Made by a program: the position numbers and the translations under genes. From Centroscyllium fabricii (lineage: Eukaryota): 64,000 bases of DNA. Within the stretch, counting starts at the first letter, position 1. Every line of letters begins with the position of its first letter. The notes below the pieces were generated by a model. That model was not told where the DNA came from. It saw only the letters and a program-made list of their open reading frames with translations, and made no database searches. The DNA lies in contig JBNRSN020000003.1 in NCBI GenBank assembly GCA_051313645.2, forward strand, positions 114,018,001 through 114,082,000. Reading direction: 5' to 3'. Shown piece by piece: positions 46,339 through 60,286 of the stretch.

Positions 46339-49300
46339 TGTCGTATTATTCAAACTTGCGCGTGGGCAAAAACATCAAGAGTGTATCTTTTGTGTCTTTT
46401 ATTTGAGCAACCAGAACACACGTTAACACAGTACTTTTAGTTTCAGTTTCCCTCCAGTTCCCTGTGACCCGGAACCTCTAGTAATGCACTTTGACCTTTG
46501 ACCCTCCCATAATGCCCCTTGCCATTATGCTATCAGATTACACCACATCTCCCCTTTTCAGTTAAACAAAACCATACCTTTGCTTCTTTGTTTACTTTTG
46601 GCTTATAAATTAACATTGCCATAAACATAAGTATTTTCTCAAAAACAATATTGTCACATAACAATTCCCTTTATCAGAACACCTTATATAAGGAATTTTC
46701 CATAAACAGTGACCAAGATATGCATTCCCCACATTCAATTCTTTACACAGCAATGTTTCTTTCCCCCCCAGTTGTTATCTTAACTGTTTTTTTCACAAGT
46801 CCAGTCTAGTGGGTTTTCGTACAGGTCTTCCAGATCTCGTTCTGAAAGTGTGCTCTGGACTAGGTGTTTGTGGTCTCGGGGTTGACACAGGAGTGTGTGT
46901 CTGGGCAGGCACCTGTAAGTTGGTTGTATCCATGACGCTCTCAGGTCCGTCCATAGGAATAAGATGGTGCCTGTTTCTATGTACAGTCCCCTGAGGCACA
47001 TCTACTATGTAGGATCGTGGTGCTGAGTGTTCATTCACCACAGTCCCAGTGACTTTGGCGTCAGTCACCCACACCTGTTGCCCGGATGGGAGACTGCTGA
47101 GATCAGACGCTCGGTGACACTTGTTGTAGCATGTCAGATCAGTGCTCCTTCTCTCCTTCTCCTTCGACTTAACTGTGGTGCTGCTCGGCAGTGCTGGGTC
47201 CAATAGCGATGGAGATGTTGGCACAGTAGTGCGAAGCTGGCGCCCCATGAGCAGCTGAGCAGGACTAAATCCGTTCTGGAGTGGCATTGATCTGTATGCC
47301 AGCAAGGCAAGATACGGATCAGTGGCTTTCTTGAGGAGATTCTTTACCGTCTGAACAGCACGTTCCGCTTCTCCGTTGCTTTTCGGATATCTTGGGCTGC
47401 TGGTCACATGCTGGAATCCATATGTCGCGGCGAAGGCTGAGAATGTTCCACATGAGAATTGCGGCCCGTTATCAGTCACTAGTGTCTCAGGTATTCCATG
47501 ACGCGCGAACATTGATTTGAGATGAACTGTAACATCAGTGGACTTAGTGACGGTGAGGTTCGCTATCTCAACATACCTCGAGTAATAGTCCACCACCAGC
47601 AGGTAGGTTTTACCTTTAATTGCAAACAAATCCGCCCCTAACTTCTGCCAGGGTCTGTCAGGAAGTTCTGTCTGGATGAGCAGCTCTGCGTGGTTTGTAC
47701 GTTCCCTGATACAGGTTCTACAGCTTAGCACTAGCTCGTTTAGCTGCTGGCTCAGGCCAGGCCACCACACACTCTGTCGCGCCCGCTCCCTACATTTCAC
47801 AACGCCCTGATGTCCTTCATGTAGCTTATCGAGGACATCATTCTTTAGGGGTGAAGGAATGACCAGCCTTGTGCCCTTCAGTAGAAGACCGTCCTGTACG
47901 GTTAGGAAGGCACGCTCCGTCCAGTACAATTTTAAAGTTCCCTCACATGCGTTGTACTCAGGCCATCCATCCCGACACATCCGCATGACGGTAGAGCACA
48001 CGTTGTCCGTTTTCAGGTGCTCTCTCAGGTTGTCCAGGTAGGAAACGCTCGCTGGGAGGTTCTCCATGATGCTGTCCACATAGATGTTTGTGCTCTCCAA
48101 GAGCTCTGTGTCTGTGTCTACTGCATTGTTCTCCATCGTTGCTCGTGACAGCGTATCTGTGGTCCACAAGCTTTTTCCAGGAACATGAGATATTATGTAA
48201 GAATACCTCATCAGTCTCATTCTGAAACGCTGGATCCTGGGAGGTAAGGCGTGCAAAGTTTGGGCCCTCAGGAGACTTAGCAGAGGTTTATGATCTGTCT
48301 CTAACTCAAAGTGTTGGCCTATCAGAAAGTCTCTGAACCTTTCACAGGCCCATGTCAGTGCCAGCGCCTCTTTTTCTATCTGTGCGTATCTCTGCTCGAC
48401 TGGTGAGAGAGATCTGGAAGCGTAGGCGACAGGCCTCCATTCCTCGCCCCGTTTCTGTAGCAGGACTGCTCCCAGTCCGAAACTAGACGCGTCTGCTGAC
48501 ACCTTACTCTCTTTGTTGGGATCATACAGAGCTTGCACAGGTGTGCTCGACAGCTCCTCCTTCAGGCTGTTGAAGGCTTTGACCTGGTCGACTCCCCAGA
48601 GCCAGTGATTTTTCTTAGACAGCAAGTCTCTGAGTGGTTTATCCTTTTGTGCTAGCTGAGGGATAAACTTTCCTAACTGATTCACCATCCCCAGGAAGCT
48701 GCGTAGCTCACTTACATTAGTGGGCTCCTGCATCTCTCTTACTGCTGCTGTTTTAGTCGGGTCTGACTTTACTCCCTCATCTGTAATTATGTGACCCAGG
48801 AATTTAACTTCCCTTACTGAGAACTCACATTTCTCCATGTTGAGAGTTATTCCTGCCTTCTCTATCTTCCTCAACACTGCATGAAGACGAGAGTCATGTT
48901 CTGTCTGCATGCGCCCCCATATTAGTACATCATCCATATGGCAAACGACGCCCTCTAAGCCCTCAGTGATCTCTGTGACCATTCTATTCTGGAAGTGCTC
49001 GGGTGCCGATGCAATCCCAAAGGGTAACCTATGAAATTAATAACTCCCGAATGGTGTAATAAAGGTCGTCAGTTTAGCTGATTCTTCGGCTAGCGGTATT
49101 TGCCAGAAGCCCATGTTAACGTCTAGTTTGCTAAAGATCTGAGCATCAGCTAGTGAGCCTAGAGTCTGCTCTACCGAAGGCAGTATATACTTCTCCCTAC
49201 ACACTGACTTGTTTAGCATTGTGAGATCGACACATATGCGAGGCTCTCCTGACTTTTTTGCTACTACTACCATGCCTGAGCACCATTCAGTGGGCTCCTC

Positions 49301-51077
49301 TACCCGGCTGATAACTCCTATCCTTTCCATGCGCTCAAGTTCTTTTTTCACCTTTGGCATCAGTGGAAGAGGTACCCGTCGCGGTGTCTTCAGAGAGAAT
49401 GGCTCCGCCCCAGGTTTCAGCTTGATGGTGTATGGTTGCTGTATAAGGCCAAGACTGCTGCACAGTTTTGGATAACTGTTTTTCAGTGTGCCCAGGTCGA
49501 CTGTGTTGAGTCATGCCACCAGCTCCAGCTTGGTGATGGCGGGTCTGCCTAGTAGTGCTGTGTTAGGTTTCTTATCACATACACGTCCTCTTGTATCTGC
49601 TGTCCTCGTTTCTGTAGTGTGATGTTTGAGACTCCCAGGACATCCAGTGGAGTGCGTCCTGGTCCCAGTATCGGCCTCTTTGCTTGTTGAAGTTTTGGAA
49701 TGTCACCTTTGAATACAGTATTAAACACATAGTCAGGGATAACAGTCACATCAGCGCCAGTGTCTATTTTAAATTTGACCTTTCTGTCTCTGATCTTCAG
49801 GTTCACCATCCAAGGATCTCTGCCTGCTGCCACTGTGCCCAGGAATAAGCTGCTGTCCTCCTCTTCTTCTTGTACCTCGTGCACAACTTTGGAGGATGCA
49901 CACAAACGCTTATAGTGCCCTTTCTTGCCACACGCATGACACATTACATCATTAGCAGGGCACTCCATTTTTGGATGTGAGGGACTGTTTCCACATTTGA
50001 AGCATGATTTAGACTGTGTCTTATTTTTCTCCGTGTACGTTTTGTTAGGCTTGTTAAACTTCTTATTTCTATGAAATTGTTTGCCTTTACTCACGACTCT
50101 ATCCACAGAGCATGTCGCCTTAGTATTTTCTCCCCGCAGGTTGCACTGTTGCTGTCTCACTGCTTCCGTCTGTCTGGCCATTGCCATCGCTTTTTCTAGT
50201 GTGAGGTCTTTATCCAGCTGCATTCTCTCTGACAGGCGCATGTCTGCTAGCCTGACAACTAACCTGTCCCTAATCAGTTCATTGTGCAAAGCTCCGTAGT
50301 TACAGTGTTCAGCCAAGGTATACAATGCGGTCACAAAAGAATCGATTGTTTCACCTGCTCCTTGCTTCCTCATATTAAAACGTGCTCTTTCATAAATCAC
50401 GTTCTTCTTCAACACAAAGAATGCCAGAAATCCATCTCTTACTGCATCATACTGTAGTTGTTGAGCATCGGATAGATTCAGTCCTTTCAGAACGTCATCC
50501 GCTTCGTCTCCCATACAGTACATAAGAGTGTTCACTTGGTTCACCTGTGTGGTTGTATGGAGGTTACTGGCCTGACGAAAGCACTCAAACCTCCGTATCC
50601 ACTTTTCCCATTCTTGGGGTTTGGTGAAGTCAAACGGCTCCGGTGGCTGGATGCTGAATGTAGCACTGGGCCCCGGCATGGGTGGTAGTTGAGCCATCCC
50701 CGCGGCTGCTGCTACCTGTTGTGGACTCGGACCGGCTTGTTGTCTTCCGACAGCTTCGTCCGTCGACATAGCAGCCTAGCTAGCACTGTTTCACAACTCT
50801 CGACGAAACTTCTTCAGAACACGGCAAAACAACTCTCGCTACACTCACTTGAAGTCACTCTGACACCATGTCATATTATTCAAACTTGCACGTGGGCAAA
50901 AACATCAAGAGTGTATCTTTTGTGTCTTTTATTTCAGCAACCAGAACACACGTTAACACAATACTGTTAGTTTCAGTTTCCCTCCAGTTCCCTGTGACCC
51001 GGAACCTCTAGTAATGCACTTTGACCTTTGACCCTCCCATAATGCCCCTTGCCATTATGCTATCAGATTACACCACA
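46339..51077 (-). mobile_element. Element F: Mag-like Gypsy LTR retrotransposon
   Basis: 209-bp LTRs at 46339-46547 and 50869-51077 with about 5 mismatches; TSD CAGAA; PBS TGGTGTCAGAGTG (tRNA-Leu-like); PPT AAAAGGGGAGA. Confidence 0.95.
46793..50769 (-). pseudogene. gag-pol: Element F gag-pol, with a frameshift and stops around 49037-49560
   Basis: CFKCGNSPSH..CHACGKKGH, KIDTGAD, ICVDL, HMDDVL, ADASS, HEGHQG..CRTC, TDNGPQF. Confidence 0.9.
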
Positions 51078-51361
51078 CAGAAGGCCAGAATTGGAGGAGC
51101 GCAGATATCTTCAAGGGCTGGAGGAGGTTACAGAGATAGGGAGGGGCGAGGCATGGAAATATTTGAAAACAAGGATGAGAATTTTAAAATAGAGGTGTTG
51201 CCAGACTGGGAGCCAATGTAGGTCAGCGTGCACAGGGGTGATGGGCGAATGGGACTTGTGTGGTTTGGATACGGGCAGCAGAGTTTTGGATGAGCTCAGG
51301 TTTATGTAGGGTGCAAGATGGGAGGCCGGCTAGGAGAGCATTGGAATAGTCCAGTCTAGAG

Positions 51362-51542
51362 CAATGTTCCCCCTAAGCTGTGCACATGTGCGGTCGCAGC
51401 CGTGCAGTAATCTGCAAGGTTCCGCGCAGGTCGCTCACAAGCTTTTATATTGGAAATACCGCACATGCACAGAAATTTAAAGGGACTGCGTATTGAAAGA
51501 AACAGGGTGCACAGAACAAAGCACAGCTTACAGGGACCATTG
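51362..51542. mobile_element. hAT-like MITE
   Basis: Imperfect TIRs CAATGTTCCCCCTAAGCTG / CAGCTTACAGGGACCATTG interrupting the L2; about 8 extra bp at the right junction, but the TSD sequence is degraded. Confidence 0.6.
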
Positions 51543-51695
51543 TTTTTACGGTAGGAAAGGCGTGGATGAGGGTTTCAGCAGCAGGTGAGCTGTGGCAGGG
51601 GCAGAGACGGGCGATATTCTGGAGGTGGAAGTAGGCAGTCTTGATGATGAAGCCTGATACAAAAACCCCTGAAACAAATTGCTTAATGTTGGTAC

Positions 51696-54600
51696 TGTAG
51701 TGCATGCAGTCCTGAAGAACCACGCTAGACACAGTGAAATCGGATAACACTCATTTAATAGTTAACACTGCAAGGGCCAGGCAGCGAAGAGACTGAGCCA
51801 CCTGGAACAGGCATATTTAAAGGGCCCGCGGTTGGTGACGTCACTGCCGGAAGTCCCGGTGACGTCATCACGCCGCCCGGCGGGCGGGGCCGTGTCCCGC
51901 AGTACTCCTGAGGCGGATTCGTTGGTCTTGGTGGGCATGTCGCCACACAGCTCCCCCCCAGAATCTGTGAGGGAGAATAAAGTTAAAAATAAAAAAAGGG
52001 AGAATAAAGTAAAAATAAAAAAATGGAGCATAAAAGGTGAGTCTCAGGCGAGGCGTTGAGGTGGCCGGATGATGCGGCCGGCACGTGTCGTGCGCTGCTC
52101 CTTGTTCTGCGTGGGAGTGTGGGCGGGCTTTGGTGCGGTAGGGCGTCCGCGTTTTGGTGGCTGCGCGGGGACTGTTGTCTTGCCCGCCATTACATGTGCC
52201 GGTTTGAGCCGGTCAATCGAGACAGTCTCAGTTCTGTTGCCCATTTTGATTTGGAATGTCTTAGGTCCCGCCCGAAGCACTCTGTACGGTCCATCGTACG
52301 GTGGCTGTAGTGGTGTTCGATGTGCGTCGTGGCGGACAAACACATATTTGCCGTTCTTGATGCCATCTGGAACACATGCTGCCGGCTCTCCGTGCCGGGC
52401 CACCGGGAGTGGTTTGAACGCCCCTGCCTGATTGTTAAATTCCTTGAGGCAGCGGTCGGCTGACCAGGGGGCGTTGGTTTCTGCGACGAACTCGCCTGGT
52501 ACGGTTAGGGGTTGGCTGTAGACGAGTTCCGCCGCTGAGGCGTGCAGGTCTTCCTTGGCCGCTGAGCGTAGGCCGAGCATTACCCAGGGCAGGCGGTCGG
52601 TCCAGGTTGCGTCCTTAAGGCTGGCCCGCAGGGAAGCTTTGATGGAGCGGTGGAACCGTTCGCAGAGGCCATTGGCCTGTGGGTGGTAGGCGGTGGTTCG
52701 GTGCAGGGTTGCCCCGAGGTCGTGGGCGATGGTCGCCCATAGGGTTGAGGTAAATTGGGGGCCCCTGTCCAACGTGATGTCGGTGGGTACGCCAAAACGT
52801 GCGACCCAGGTGGCGATGAAGGCCCTGGCCAGGTCCGCGGTGGTGGTAGCGGTGAGTGGGACCGCTTCTGGCCAGCGGGTGCTGCGGTCGACCATTGTCA
52901 TGACGTGTGTATGTCCCTGTGATGGCGGTAGTGGTCCGACCAGGTCGATGTGGATGTGGCTGAAGCGTCTAGCTGGGATGGCGATCGTTTCTAGTGGTGC
53001 CTTGATGTGCTTGTGCACCTTGGCGCGCTGGCAGGCCGTGCAGGCGTTGGTCCAGGCGCGGACATCCTTGTGTAGGCCGCGCCAAACGAAACGTGCCGAA
53101 ATCAGCTTAGTGGACGCGCGGGCGCCGGGGTGGGACAGGTCATGGAGGGTCTGGAAGATGTGTCGCCTCCATGCGTGGGGGACGATGGGTCTGGGCTGCG
53201 GGAGGGAGACGTCGCAGCGGACCGCCGTGGCTGTGGGCCCATGTGCTACGTGCAGGCCGGGGAGGTTGGTAGCTGGGTCGAGCAGATCGGGGTTGGTCAG
53301 TTGGTCGGCCGCCAGTTTGGCGTAGTCGACGGCCGTTTGTACGGAGTTGATGGTGGGGCGTGACAGGCAGTCAGCAACCACGTTGTCACGGCCGGCGATG
53401 TGCTGTATGTCGGTGGTAAACTCCGACACAGCCGCGAGCTGGCGCTGCTGCCTGGCCAACCAGGGTTCGCCGATCTTAGCCATTGCTGACACGAGTGGCT
53501 TGTGATCTACGAAGGCTGTAAAGTGGCGGCCCTCTAGGAGGAAGCGGAAGTGGCGCACTGCGAGGTAGAGAGCGAGTAGCTCCCTATCGAAGGCGCTGTA
53601 CTTAACCTCCGGGGGCCGGAGTTGCCGGCTGAAAAAGGCCAGGGGTTGCCAGGAGTCGCCTGTCCACTGCTCGTAGACTGCTCTGACGGCGCGGTCGGAG
53701 GCGTCGGTGGTGAGGGCCACTCTGGCGTTGGGCCTAGGGTGGGTTAGGAGCGTGGCGTTGGCCAGGGCGGTTTTGGTTGCGGTGAAGGCGGTGGTGGCTT
53801 CGGCCGTCCACTCGACCGCAGCCTTGTTGGACTGCCCGCGGGTGGCCTGATAGAGGGGTGCCATGAGAGCGGCTGCTCCAGGGATGAAGCGGTTATAGAA
53901 ATTAACCATCCCAAGGAATTCCTGCAGCCCCTTGATGGAGTGCGGGCGGGGAAATTCCTGGACCGCCTGCACCTTGGAGGGCAGGGGTATGGCCCCGGTC
54001 TGGGAAATGCGGTGGCCGAGGAAGTCGATCGTCTCGAGGCCGAACCAACATTTGGAGGGGCTTAATATAAGGCCGTGTTTGACCAGGCGTTTGAACAGGG
54101 TCCTGAGATGGAGGAGGTGTTCCTGGGGGGAGGTGCTGGCCACGAGGATGTCGTCCAGGTAGACGAACGTGAACTGCAAGTCCCGTAGGACTGAGTCCAT
54201 GAGGCGTTGGAAGGCCTGGGCCGCGTTTTTGAGTCCGAAGGGCATTCGGAGAAACTCGAAAAGGCCGAAAGGGGTAATGACGGCTGTCTTAGGGACGTCC
54301 GCCGGGTGCACTGGTACCTGGTGGTAGCCCCGTAACAGGTCGATGTTTGAAAAAATCGTGCAGCCGGCTAGCCTTGCTGAGAAGTCTTGGATGTGGTGTA
54401 TGGGGTACCTGTCTGGGGTGGTGGCGTTGTTGAGGCGGCGGTAGTCTCCACAGGGGCGCCAGCCACCGCCGGGTTTGGGGGCGATGTGGAGGGGGGAGGC
54501 CCAGGGGCTGCTGGAGCGGCGGATTATGCCGAGTTGTTCCATGATGTGGAACTCGGTACGCGCGATCTCCAGCTTGGCCGGGTCCAGCCTGCGTGCGTGG

Positions 54601-56235
54601 GTGTGGACTGGGGGGCCTGTGGTGGTGATGTGATGCTTCACCCCATGCTTGGCTGTGCGGGCTGTGAAGGTGGGGTTGGTGAGGGCTGGGAACTCCGCGA
54701 GGAGCGTGCCTTGCGTGTCGGAGTTCTGGGCTCGGCAGTGGGACGCTGCGTGGGCCTGGTGTGCCGGCCCTGTGGAGCATGGGATGGTCGACATGTTATG
54801 GATGTCGACCAGGCGGCGCCGGGTCACGTCGACCTGTAGGCCGTGGGCGCAAAGAAAATCGGCCCCGAGGAGGGGTAGTTTGACTTGGGCTGTGATGAAG
54901 TCCCACTGGTACGTGTGGCCTGCTAGCTTGATGGTGAGCTTGCGGGTGCTGAACGTAACTATCTCGGAGCCATTTGCGGCTTCGAGTGGTGGGCCTTGGG
55001 TGCCTTGCTTGGTTTCTGCGGGGGAGGCTGGCACGATGCTGTGCTGCGCGCCTGTGTCGCAGAGGAAGTGGAGGCCTGAGCCGCTGTCCGTGACGAAGAG
55101 CAGTGCTCCAGAGCGGCCTACGGACATGGTGGGGCTTGAGCTGGTTTGGGGTTTGAAGGTGCAGGGCTGGACGCAGCGCTGCGCTTTAGCTTCAAACCTG
55201 GTGTGGTAGTAACACCAGCCGGGGCCTGTTGTGCGCGGCTTTCTGCAGGTGCGCACTGGCCTGGGATCAGACTTGGGGCCGGACCTGGGGTGCGCATAGT
55301 AGTGCTCCGGTGCCGCGGCAGTAGGCTCACACGTGGCGGCTCGGGAGCGCTCGCCCCTCATCAGCTTGTCGGCCTCCTCAGCCAGTTGCTGTTTAGTGTA
55401 GTGGTCGAGGATCGTCAGAGCCGGTCTGACGGAGGGAGGCAGTTTGAGGAGGAACAAGGCGCGCTTAGTGGTGGCCGGGTCGCAATTGAGCGCTTCCATT
55501 TGGGCCCAGAGGTCCGATGGGTCTGCGTCCCCGAGTTCGGGGAGGTTAATGAGCTGGCAGTCGCGCTCAAACTGGGAGGGGGTGAATTTCTTTAGCAGCG
55601 CGGCCTTAAGGAATTCGTACCTGCCAGCGGTTGGTTCGTGCTGTATCGATGACCACATTCGGTCGACCGTGGTCTGCGATAGGGCCGCGAAGAGCAGGTT
55701 GTATCGATCATCCCCCTGTACGCCATGGATGCGGTAGGTGTTCTCCGTGCTGAGGAACCAGGCCGCTGGACGTAGTTCCCAGAACTCTGGCAAGGTTGGT
55801 ATTTGGCCGTAGTTCTGGCCCAGTCTGTGAAGTCGCGCTGTTTGGCTCCCTGCTGGCATGTTGGTTGGGAGATTACTGAGGCAGCTTGGCCCTCAGTCCT
55901 GCAGCAACTGCTTCATTATGTTCCCTTGGAAGTCGTTCCAAGTATCGAGGTCACCACTGTAGTGCATGCAGTCCTGAAGAACCACGCTAGACACAGTGAA
56001 ATCGGATAACACTCATTTAATAGTTAACACTGCAAGGGCCAGGTAGCGAAGAGACTGAGCCACCTGGAACAGGCATATTTAAAGGGCCCGCGGTTGGTGA
56101 CGTCACTGCCGGAAGTCCCGGTGACTTCATCACGCCGGAAGTCGCGGTGACGTCATCACGCCGCCCGGCGGGCGGGGCCGTGTCCCGCAGTACTCCCGAG
56201 GCGGATTCGTTGGTCTTGGTGGGCGTGTCGCCACA
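51696..56235 (-). mobile_element. Element G: full-length CsRn1-like LTR retrotransposon
   Basis: LTRs at 51696-51947 (252 bp) and 55958-56235 (278 bp); perfect TSD GTAC; PBS TGGTGACCTCGA; PPT. Confidence 0.96.
52044..55859 (-). CDS. gag-pol: Element G gag-pol polyprotein, 1271 aa, uninterrupted
   Basis: Highly similar to A and C; VYLDDIL intact. Confidence 0.93.
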   Translation of the reverse strand: MPAGSQTARLHRLGQNYGQIPTLPEFWELRPAAWFLSTENTYRIHGVQGDDRYNLLFAALSQTTVDRMWSSIQHEPTAGRYEFLKAALLKKFTPSQFERDCQLINLPELGDADPSDLWAQMEALNCDPATTKRALFLLKLPPSVRPALTILDHYTKQQLAEEADKLMRGERSRAATCEPTAAAPEHYYAHPRSGPKSDPRPVRTCRKPRTTGPGWCYYHTRFEAKAQRCVQPCTFKPQTSSSPTMSVGRSGALLFVTDSGSGLHFLCDTGAQHSIVPASPAETKQGTQGPPLEAANGSEIVTFSTRKLTIKLAGHTYQWDFITAQVKLPLLGADFLCAHGLQVDVTRRRLVDIHNMSTIPCSTGPAHQAHAASHCRAQNSDTQGTLLAEFPALTNPTFTARTAKHGVKHHITTTGPPVHTHARRLDPAKLEIARTEFHIMEQLGIIRRSSSPWASPLHIAPKPGGGWRPCGDYRRLNNATTPDRYPIHHIQDFSARLAGCTIFSNIDLLRGYHQVPVHPADVPKTAVITPFGLFEFLRMPFGLKNAAQAFQRLMDSVLRDLQFTFVYLDDILVASTSPQEHLLHLRTLFKRLVKHGLILSPSKCWFGLETIDFLGHRISQTGAIPLPSKVQAVQEFPRPHSIKGLQEFLGMVNFYNRFIPGAAALMAPLYQATRGQSNKAAVEWTAEATTAFTATKTALANATLLTHPRPNARVALTTDASDRAVRAVYEQWTGDSWQPLAFFSRQLRPPEVKYSAFDRELLALYLAVRHFRFLLEGRHFTAFVDHKPLVSAMAKIGEPWLARQQRQLAAVSEFTTDIQHIAGRDNVVADCLSRPTINSVQTAVDYAKLAADQLTNPDLLDPATNLPGLHVAHGPTATAVRCDVSLPQPRPIVPHAWRRHIFQTLHDLSHPGARASTKLISARFVWRGLHKDVRAWTNACTACQRAKVHKHIKAPLETIAIPARRFSHIHIDLVGPLPPSQGHTHVMTMVDRSTRWPEAVPLTATTTADLARAFIATWVARFGVPTDITLDRGPQFTSTLWATIAHDLGATLHRTTAYHPQANGLCERFHRSIKASLRASLKDATWTDRLPWVMLGLRSAAKEDLHASAAELVYSQPLTVPGEFVAETNAPWSADRCLKEFNNQAGAFKPLPVARHGEPAACVPDGIKNGKYVFVRHDAHRTPLQPPYDGPYRVLRAGPKTFQIKMGNRTETVSIDRLKPAHVMAGKTTVPAQPPKRGRPTAPKPAHTPTQNKEQRTTRAGRIIRPPQRLA

Positions 56236-59200
56236 GTACTGTGATATGGTGTCAAGTTTCTTAAGTTTGAAATCTTGAGTAGGTGGGAGTTTTAAAAATA
56301 AATGACCTTGAGCTCCTCAAACATTGTACTGTCTGAAGGGACGTCAGCCAAAACACACACAATAAATGAATAAAAGGGTTGAATTGGAATAAAAATCATC
56401 GTATTAACTATTGATTCCTTGCACAGATCCCACTCATTTGGGAGTGCCTGTTTCATGTGAGCTCTATCTCGGGTTTGTTGAAGTGTGTTCCTGAGGTTTA
56501 CGCTGCCGTCGTCACTATTGACAGTTGGGCTTGAGCGGACCAGCCACTGCTCCTCATTTGTACAGTAACTACTTTCTGACTAGGGTCAGACAAAAGTCAT
56601 GCCTCATTCAATCTTACGGCCTCAAAATATTGTTTTCTGTTTTTTTTTTAAATGTGTACTGAGTGAATGAACCAAATGCCTGATATTTAACTCCACTGAT
56701 GTCACCTTTTTAAAAAAAAGATCGAAGTTGCCACTTGAATCACAGAAGGGAGAAAACTTTATGCTAAACTACTTACTGGGTCACTGAATTGGACTCCGAT
56801 TCTTGGAGCGTGATTAAGAGCTCTTGCTGATATTTGAATCAATTTTGAACTGGAGATCAAAAAGCATTCTTAAGAGAGTGTTTTCCAATATCTAATCTTT
56901 ATTAGGCCCTGACCACTTTAGCGCACATCAGAAAATGAAAGATTCCTTCAGGTAACGTCTCTTGAACTCCAAGATTCTACACACCGCTTTGCTGCTACTT
57001 GGGACATTCAAGTGCTTGCAAATTCTGGGCTTCCTTATACAGAATACTTTCCGGGTATTCTGGAATGATTCAGTCCAAAAGTGCTACTGAAGGAATAAAA
57101 GGAGCAAAGTTTTTTTTCGGCAAATGCTGATGCATTGACAGCCCCTCAAAATACTATCAGTCCACACAAAACACAGACGGTGGGCTTCTATGAACATATT
57201 GAAGGTTTCGGTGACTGTTCTCATTGCTTGCACTGAAGGAGTTAAATGGTGTGCATGCAGTTTGTTTTTCTAAGCCATACCATAAAAAGTAGCTTTGTAA
57301 CGCAAAGACCTTGAAGCCACTAATCATACAAAGGAACACGGTCTCTGCAACCTTTGATACTTTTTTTTGCTGAATTACGTTTATCATTATCATAGAACAG
57401 AAATGAAATGCCATCATTTGATCATCCTGTAACTTGAAGCTCTTGTCTTTAGTAAGTTATAAAAAAAAGCACACACAATAGCTGGAAAATGAGATCAAAA
57501 TGGTTTTCCTCTAACAGTGGGTCAATGTGTTGTGTAAGCACTTCCATCCTGTGAAGTCCCTGGTTGGTCTCCACCTGCTAGGCCAGCACTAGAGGCACCA
57601 GTGACCCAGCCTCCCCCTCATTTTGCTGGCGCCAGAGCTGGATGGGTCTTGCACTTTGATTATTTGTGTTAACAGTTAATTTAACACAGTGGACACGCGT
57701 GCCAAAGCTGCCTGTACTTCCTAATGCATCCCAACAAATGTGACTTTTATAGGTTCCTCTGCATCGCCCTTCCCCCGCCCTAATCCTTTCCACATCTTAC
57801 AGGAAAAAGCTATTTCTGGCTGCTGTGCCCCTAATGTTTGCTCTGCAAGGATTGAATTTAATGGAGATTTATGGACCCAGGGGCATGTAGCTCTTAAGAA
57901 ATTTCATAAACTCAAGCAGTTATATTTAGAGATTACAGATGAAGTTCCTTTGTGCAGCCTGGAGGTTTTCTGACATTTTTCTCATTAACTTTCTGCTTGT
58001 ATGTTTAATCTAAACATTTTACTGACACATGGCCCTGGGAACAGCACTAAGTCTCCTTTTTATGAGTGAAAAATGTTTAAATTAAGAGGTTAGGAACAGG
58101 CTGCCAATGACAACAAGAGGAGCTTGGAAAATGTTTAGATTTGTCAACATCCAAATAGTCTAGATGGTGCTGAGAAAGCTAAACGAAAGCCACTCTGACA
58201 CAGCCATGCCAGACCCACTTTCAAAAGGCAGTAAAGAAGGAGTGCAACATCTGAAATCAGAGTGCACAGATTCCTAAGTGTTCTACCCATATAAACAAAA
58301 GGCTTGTCCAGAGTCACAATGCACTGTTTATAATTGAGCATTAGACTAACTGGATCTTAAATTAAACAATTTGTTATCTTATTTGGTATTAATCTAATAA
58401 AGTGGAACTCAAATAACCTTTAGCATTCATTGGGTCTGCTGAACACGTGGGGAAAATTAGGAAATAACGACTCCCTATTTACATGGATTCGAACTGTGCT
58501 TAGGTTGCTTTCTTTCTCTCCACTTTTTGTCAGTTCGCTTTTGCAGGCTGACACTTGTCCTGCAGATGTGATGGTGGGACTAGGTTGACAAATCTTCTGG
58601 GATCACAGTCACTGGTGCACTCTGACCAGTGGGCTGTACAATTCAAAAAGCAGGAGGCTGACAAAGGCCCATCATTTGTGGTCAGCGGAGAAGCAAAGGC
58701 GTTCACCGCTGGCCCCGAAGTGAGCGTCCCACAAAGATCTCGCGATCTCTGTGGCGAGAAGTTCGGCTTTTCCGATGTTCAGTTGGGATCAGTGTAAATT
58801 AATTGGAGATTCCCGAGTGCGAGCTGTCTAAGCAACCAATCACAATGCAGAATTCTCACAGACCGGGAGCCAGGAAGTAAATAAGCTCCTTTTATTCTAA
58901 CTTAAAAAAAAATGTTATAGAGAGCAAAACAAAGACTGGAGCTCCCACATGGGGTAAAGGTAAACCTGAAATAAAGAGGAACAACCATTAACATTTTTTT
59001 AAAGTATCTTAAAAATTTCATTTTTTATTAAAATGGAGAAATTTGACACTCCACAAAATTAAAATGAGTTTTTTGGGGCTATAATGTTTGTTTAGCAGAC
59101 AATACGCTGTTAAAACCCCAGTTATACCTAATCCAAAAGGGTCTAACTTTTAATGGGGTATTTAACAGTGATATTTTACCGTGGAAAAGTTTTGGTCAAT

Positions 59201-59434
59201 TTCCCTGATTACGCTGATTGCCGGCTCTGTGGGAGAGGTGGGCACAGTGCAGCCTGTGTCGGAGCAGTGAATGACTGATCAGAACTTCAGGATTTTCGCT
59301 TTCGGATGCGCATACGCTAAATCCTGAAGTTGCAGTCAATTTCAAAAGGGTAATAACAGCGACTGCAGGGAGTGGGTCTAGGAGAAGAACTACCTAAGCC
59401 AGTAACTCCTGAACATGACCCTTGGAGGATTCAA

Positions 59435-60286
59435 GGGCTGTGAAATTCGGCCTGTTGGCGCCAACTAATAAGGCCAGTTTGGATGAAAAAATGGTGGCTG
59501 TCTCGCTTCTACCCACTTCAGGCGTGGAACTCGGCGGCTGCCATTTTGGGCAGGTCAGCAGTGCTGCTGTTGCCTGTGCTCACTCCAGATATGGAAATTA
59601 GTCAGATCGTGATGTTGATCAGCGTGCAATGTTGAATTGACGCACGATCTGGTATTTTGGACGTCGTTGCTCCTTTTAACGTCCTCTCCAAAGCACACAC
59701 AGCAGGCCCCACCAACACTTCTTAAAGGGACACACGCAACTTTCAGGTAAGTTTCGATTGTTGCTTTTGGACTGGTTTCTTTATATTTTATTGGAGTAGT
59801 GGCTAGGTGTAATACAATTCAAAACTTGTTAAAAGGTGCAGGAAGTCCCTTTTGTCATTTAATCTCTCTTGCATTCTACCCTATCACAGACCTCCCCTTT
59901 TGTTCTTTCCTCCCCGTCCCCCCTTTCCCTGCCTCTGCACATGCATAAAATCTGTTACATCTCTAACATTTTCCAGTTCTGACGAAGGGTCAACAACCTG
60001 AAACGTGAACCCTGTTTCTCTCTCCAGAGATGCTGCCTGACCTGCTGAGTATTTCCTGTTTTTATTCCTGACTATGATATTAGGACCCCGATTCGCATGG
60101 ATAAGAGGCCATGGGTAAGAGGCCATGGGTAAGAGGCCATGTTTAGGTGGGCACTGTGGCTGCCCAAGCATAGGTCCCTTTCAAAATGGCAGAGCATGGA
60201 TGTTAACGGAGCGGTAAGCCCACCAAGCCCATTTTGTGGCCCTTAAATTCCCGTTAACTCTGAGTTTAGTGAGTTAAAATTGACCC
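59435..60286. mobile_element. Degenerate MITE-like DNA transposon remnant containing a Penelope pseudo-LTR fragment (about 59850-60070)
   Basis: GGGCTGTGAAATT / AAAATTGACCC-like ends; internal CTGACGA..GAAACG hammerhead-like core at 59979-60006. Confidence 0.4.

Larger units (their letters stand above)
46075..51650 (-). mobile_element. L2 LINE fragment split by element F and a hAT-like MITE (pieces 46075-46338, 51083-51361, about 51550-51650)
   Basis: GRAFSCLGPKLWNSLP..FKTLLKTYL and KTAYFHLQNIARL..AETLIHAF motifs; reverse homolog of 41205-41712. Confidence 0.8.

Noticed and set aside
46548-46792. Possible env or accessory ORF between pol and the 3' LTR
   Set aside because: All elements have short 3' UTRs (under about 250 bp) with no such ORF.
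56240-58700. Non-repetitive stretch as host exons or conserved elements (also 26700-28800)
   Set aside because: Short ORFs have no recognisable homology; cross-species alignment or RNA data would be needed.
60102-60142. Short tandem repeat TAAGAGGCCATGGG x3
   Set aside because: Simple local slippage with no further structure.
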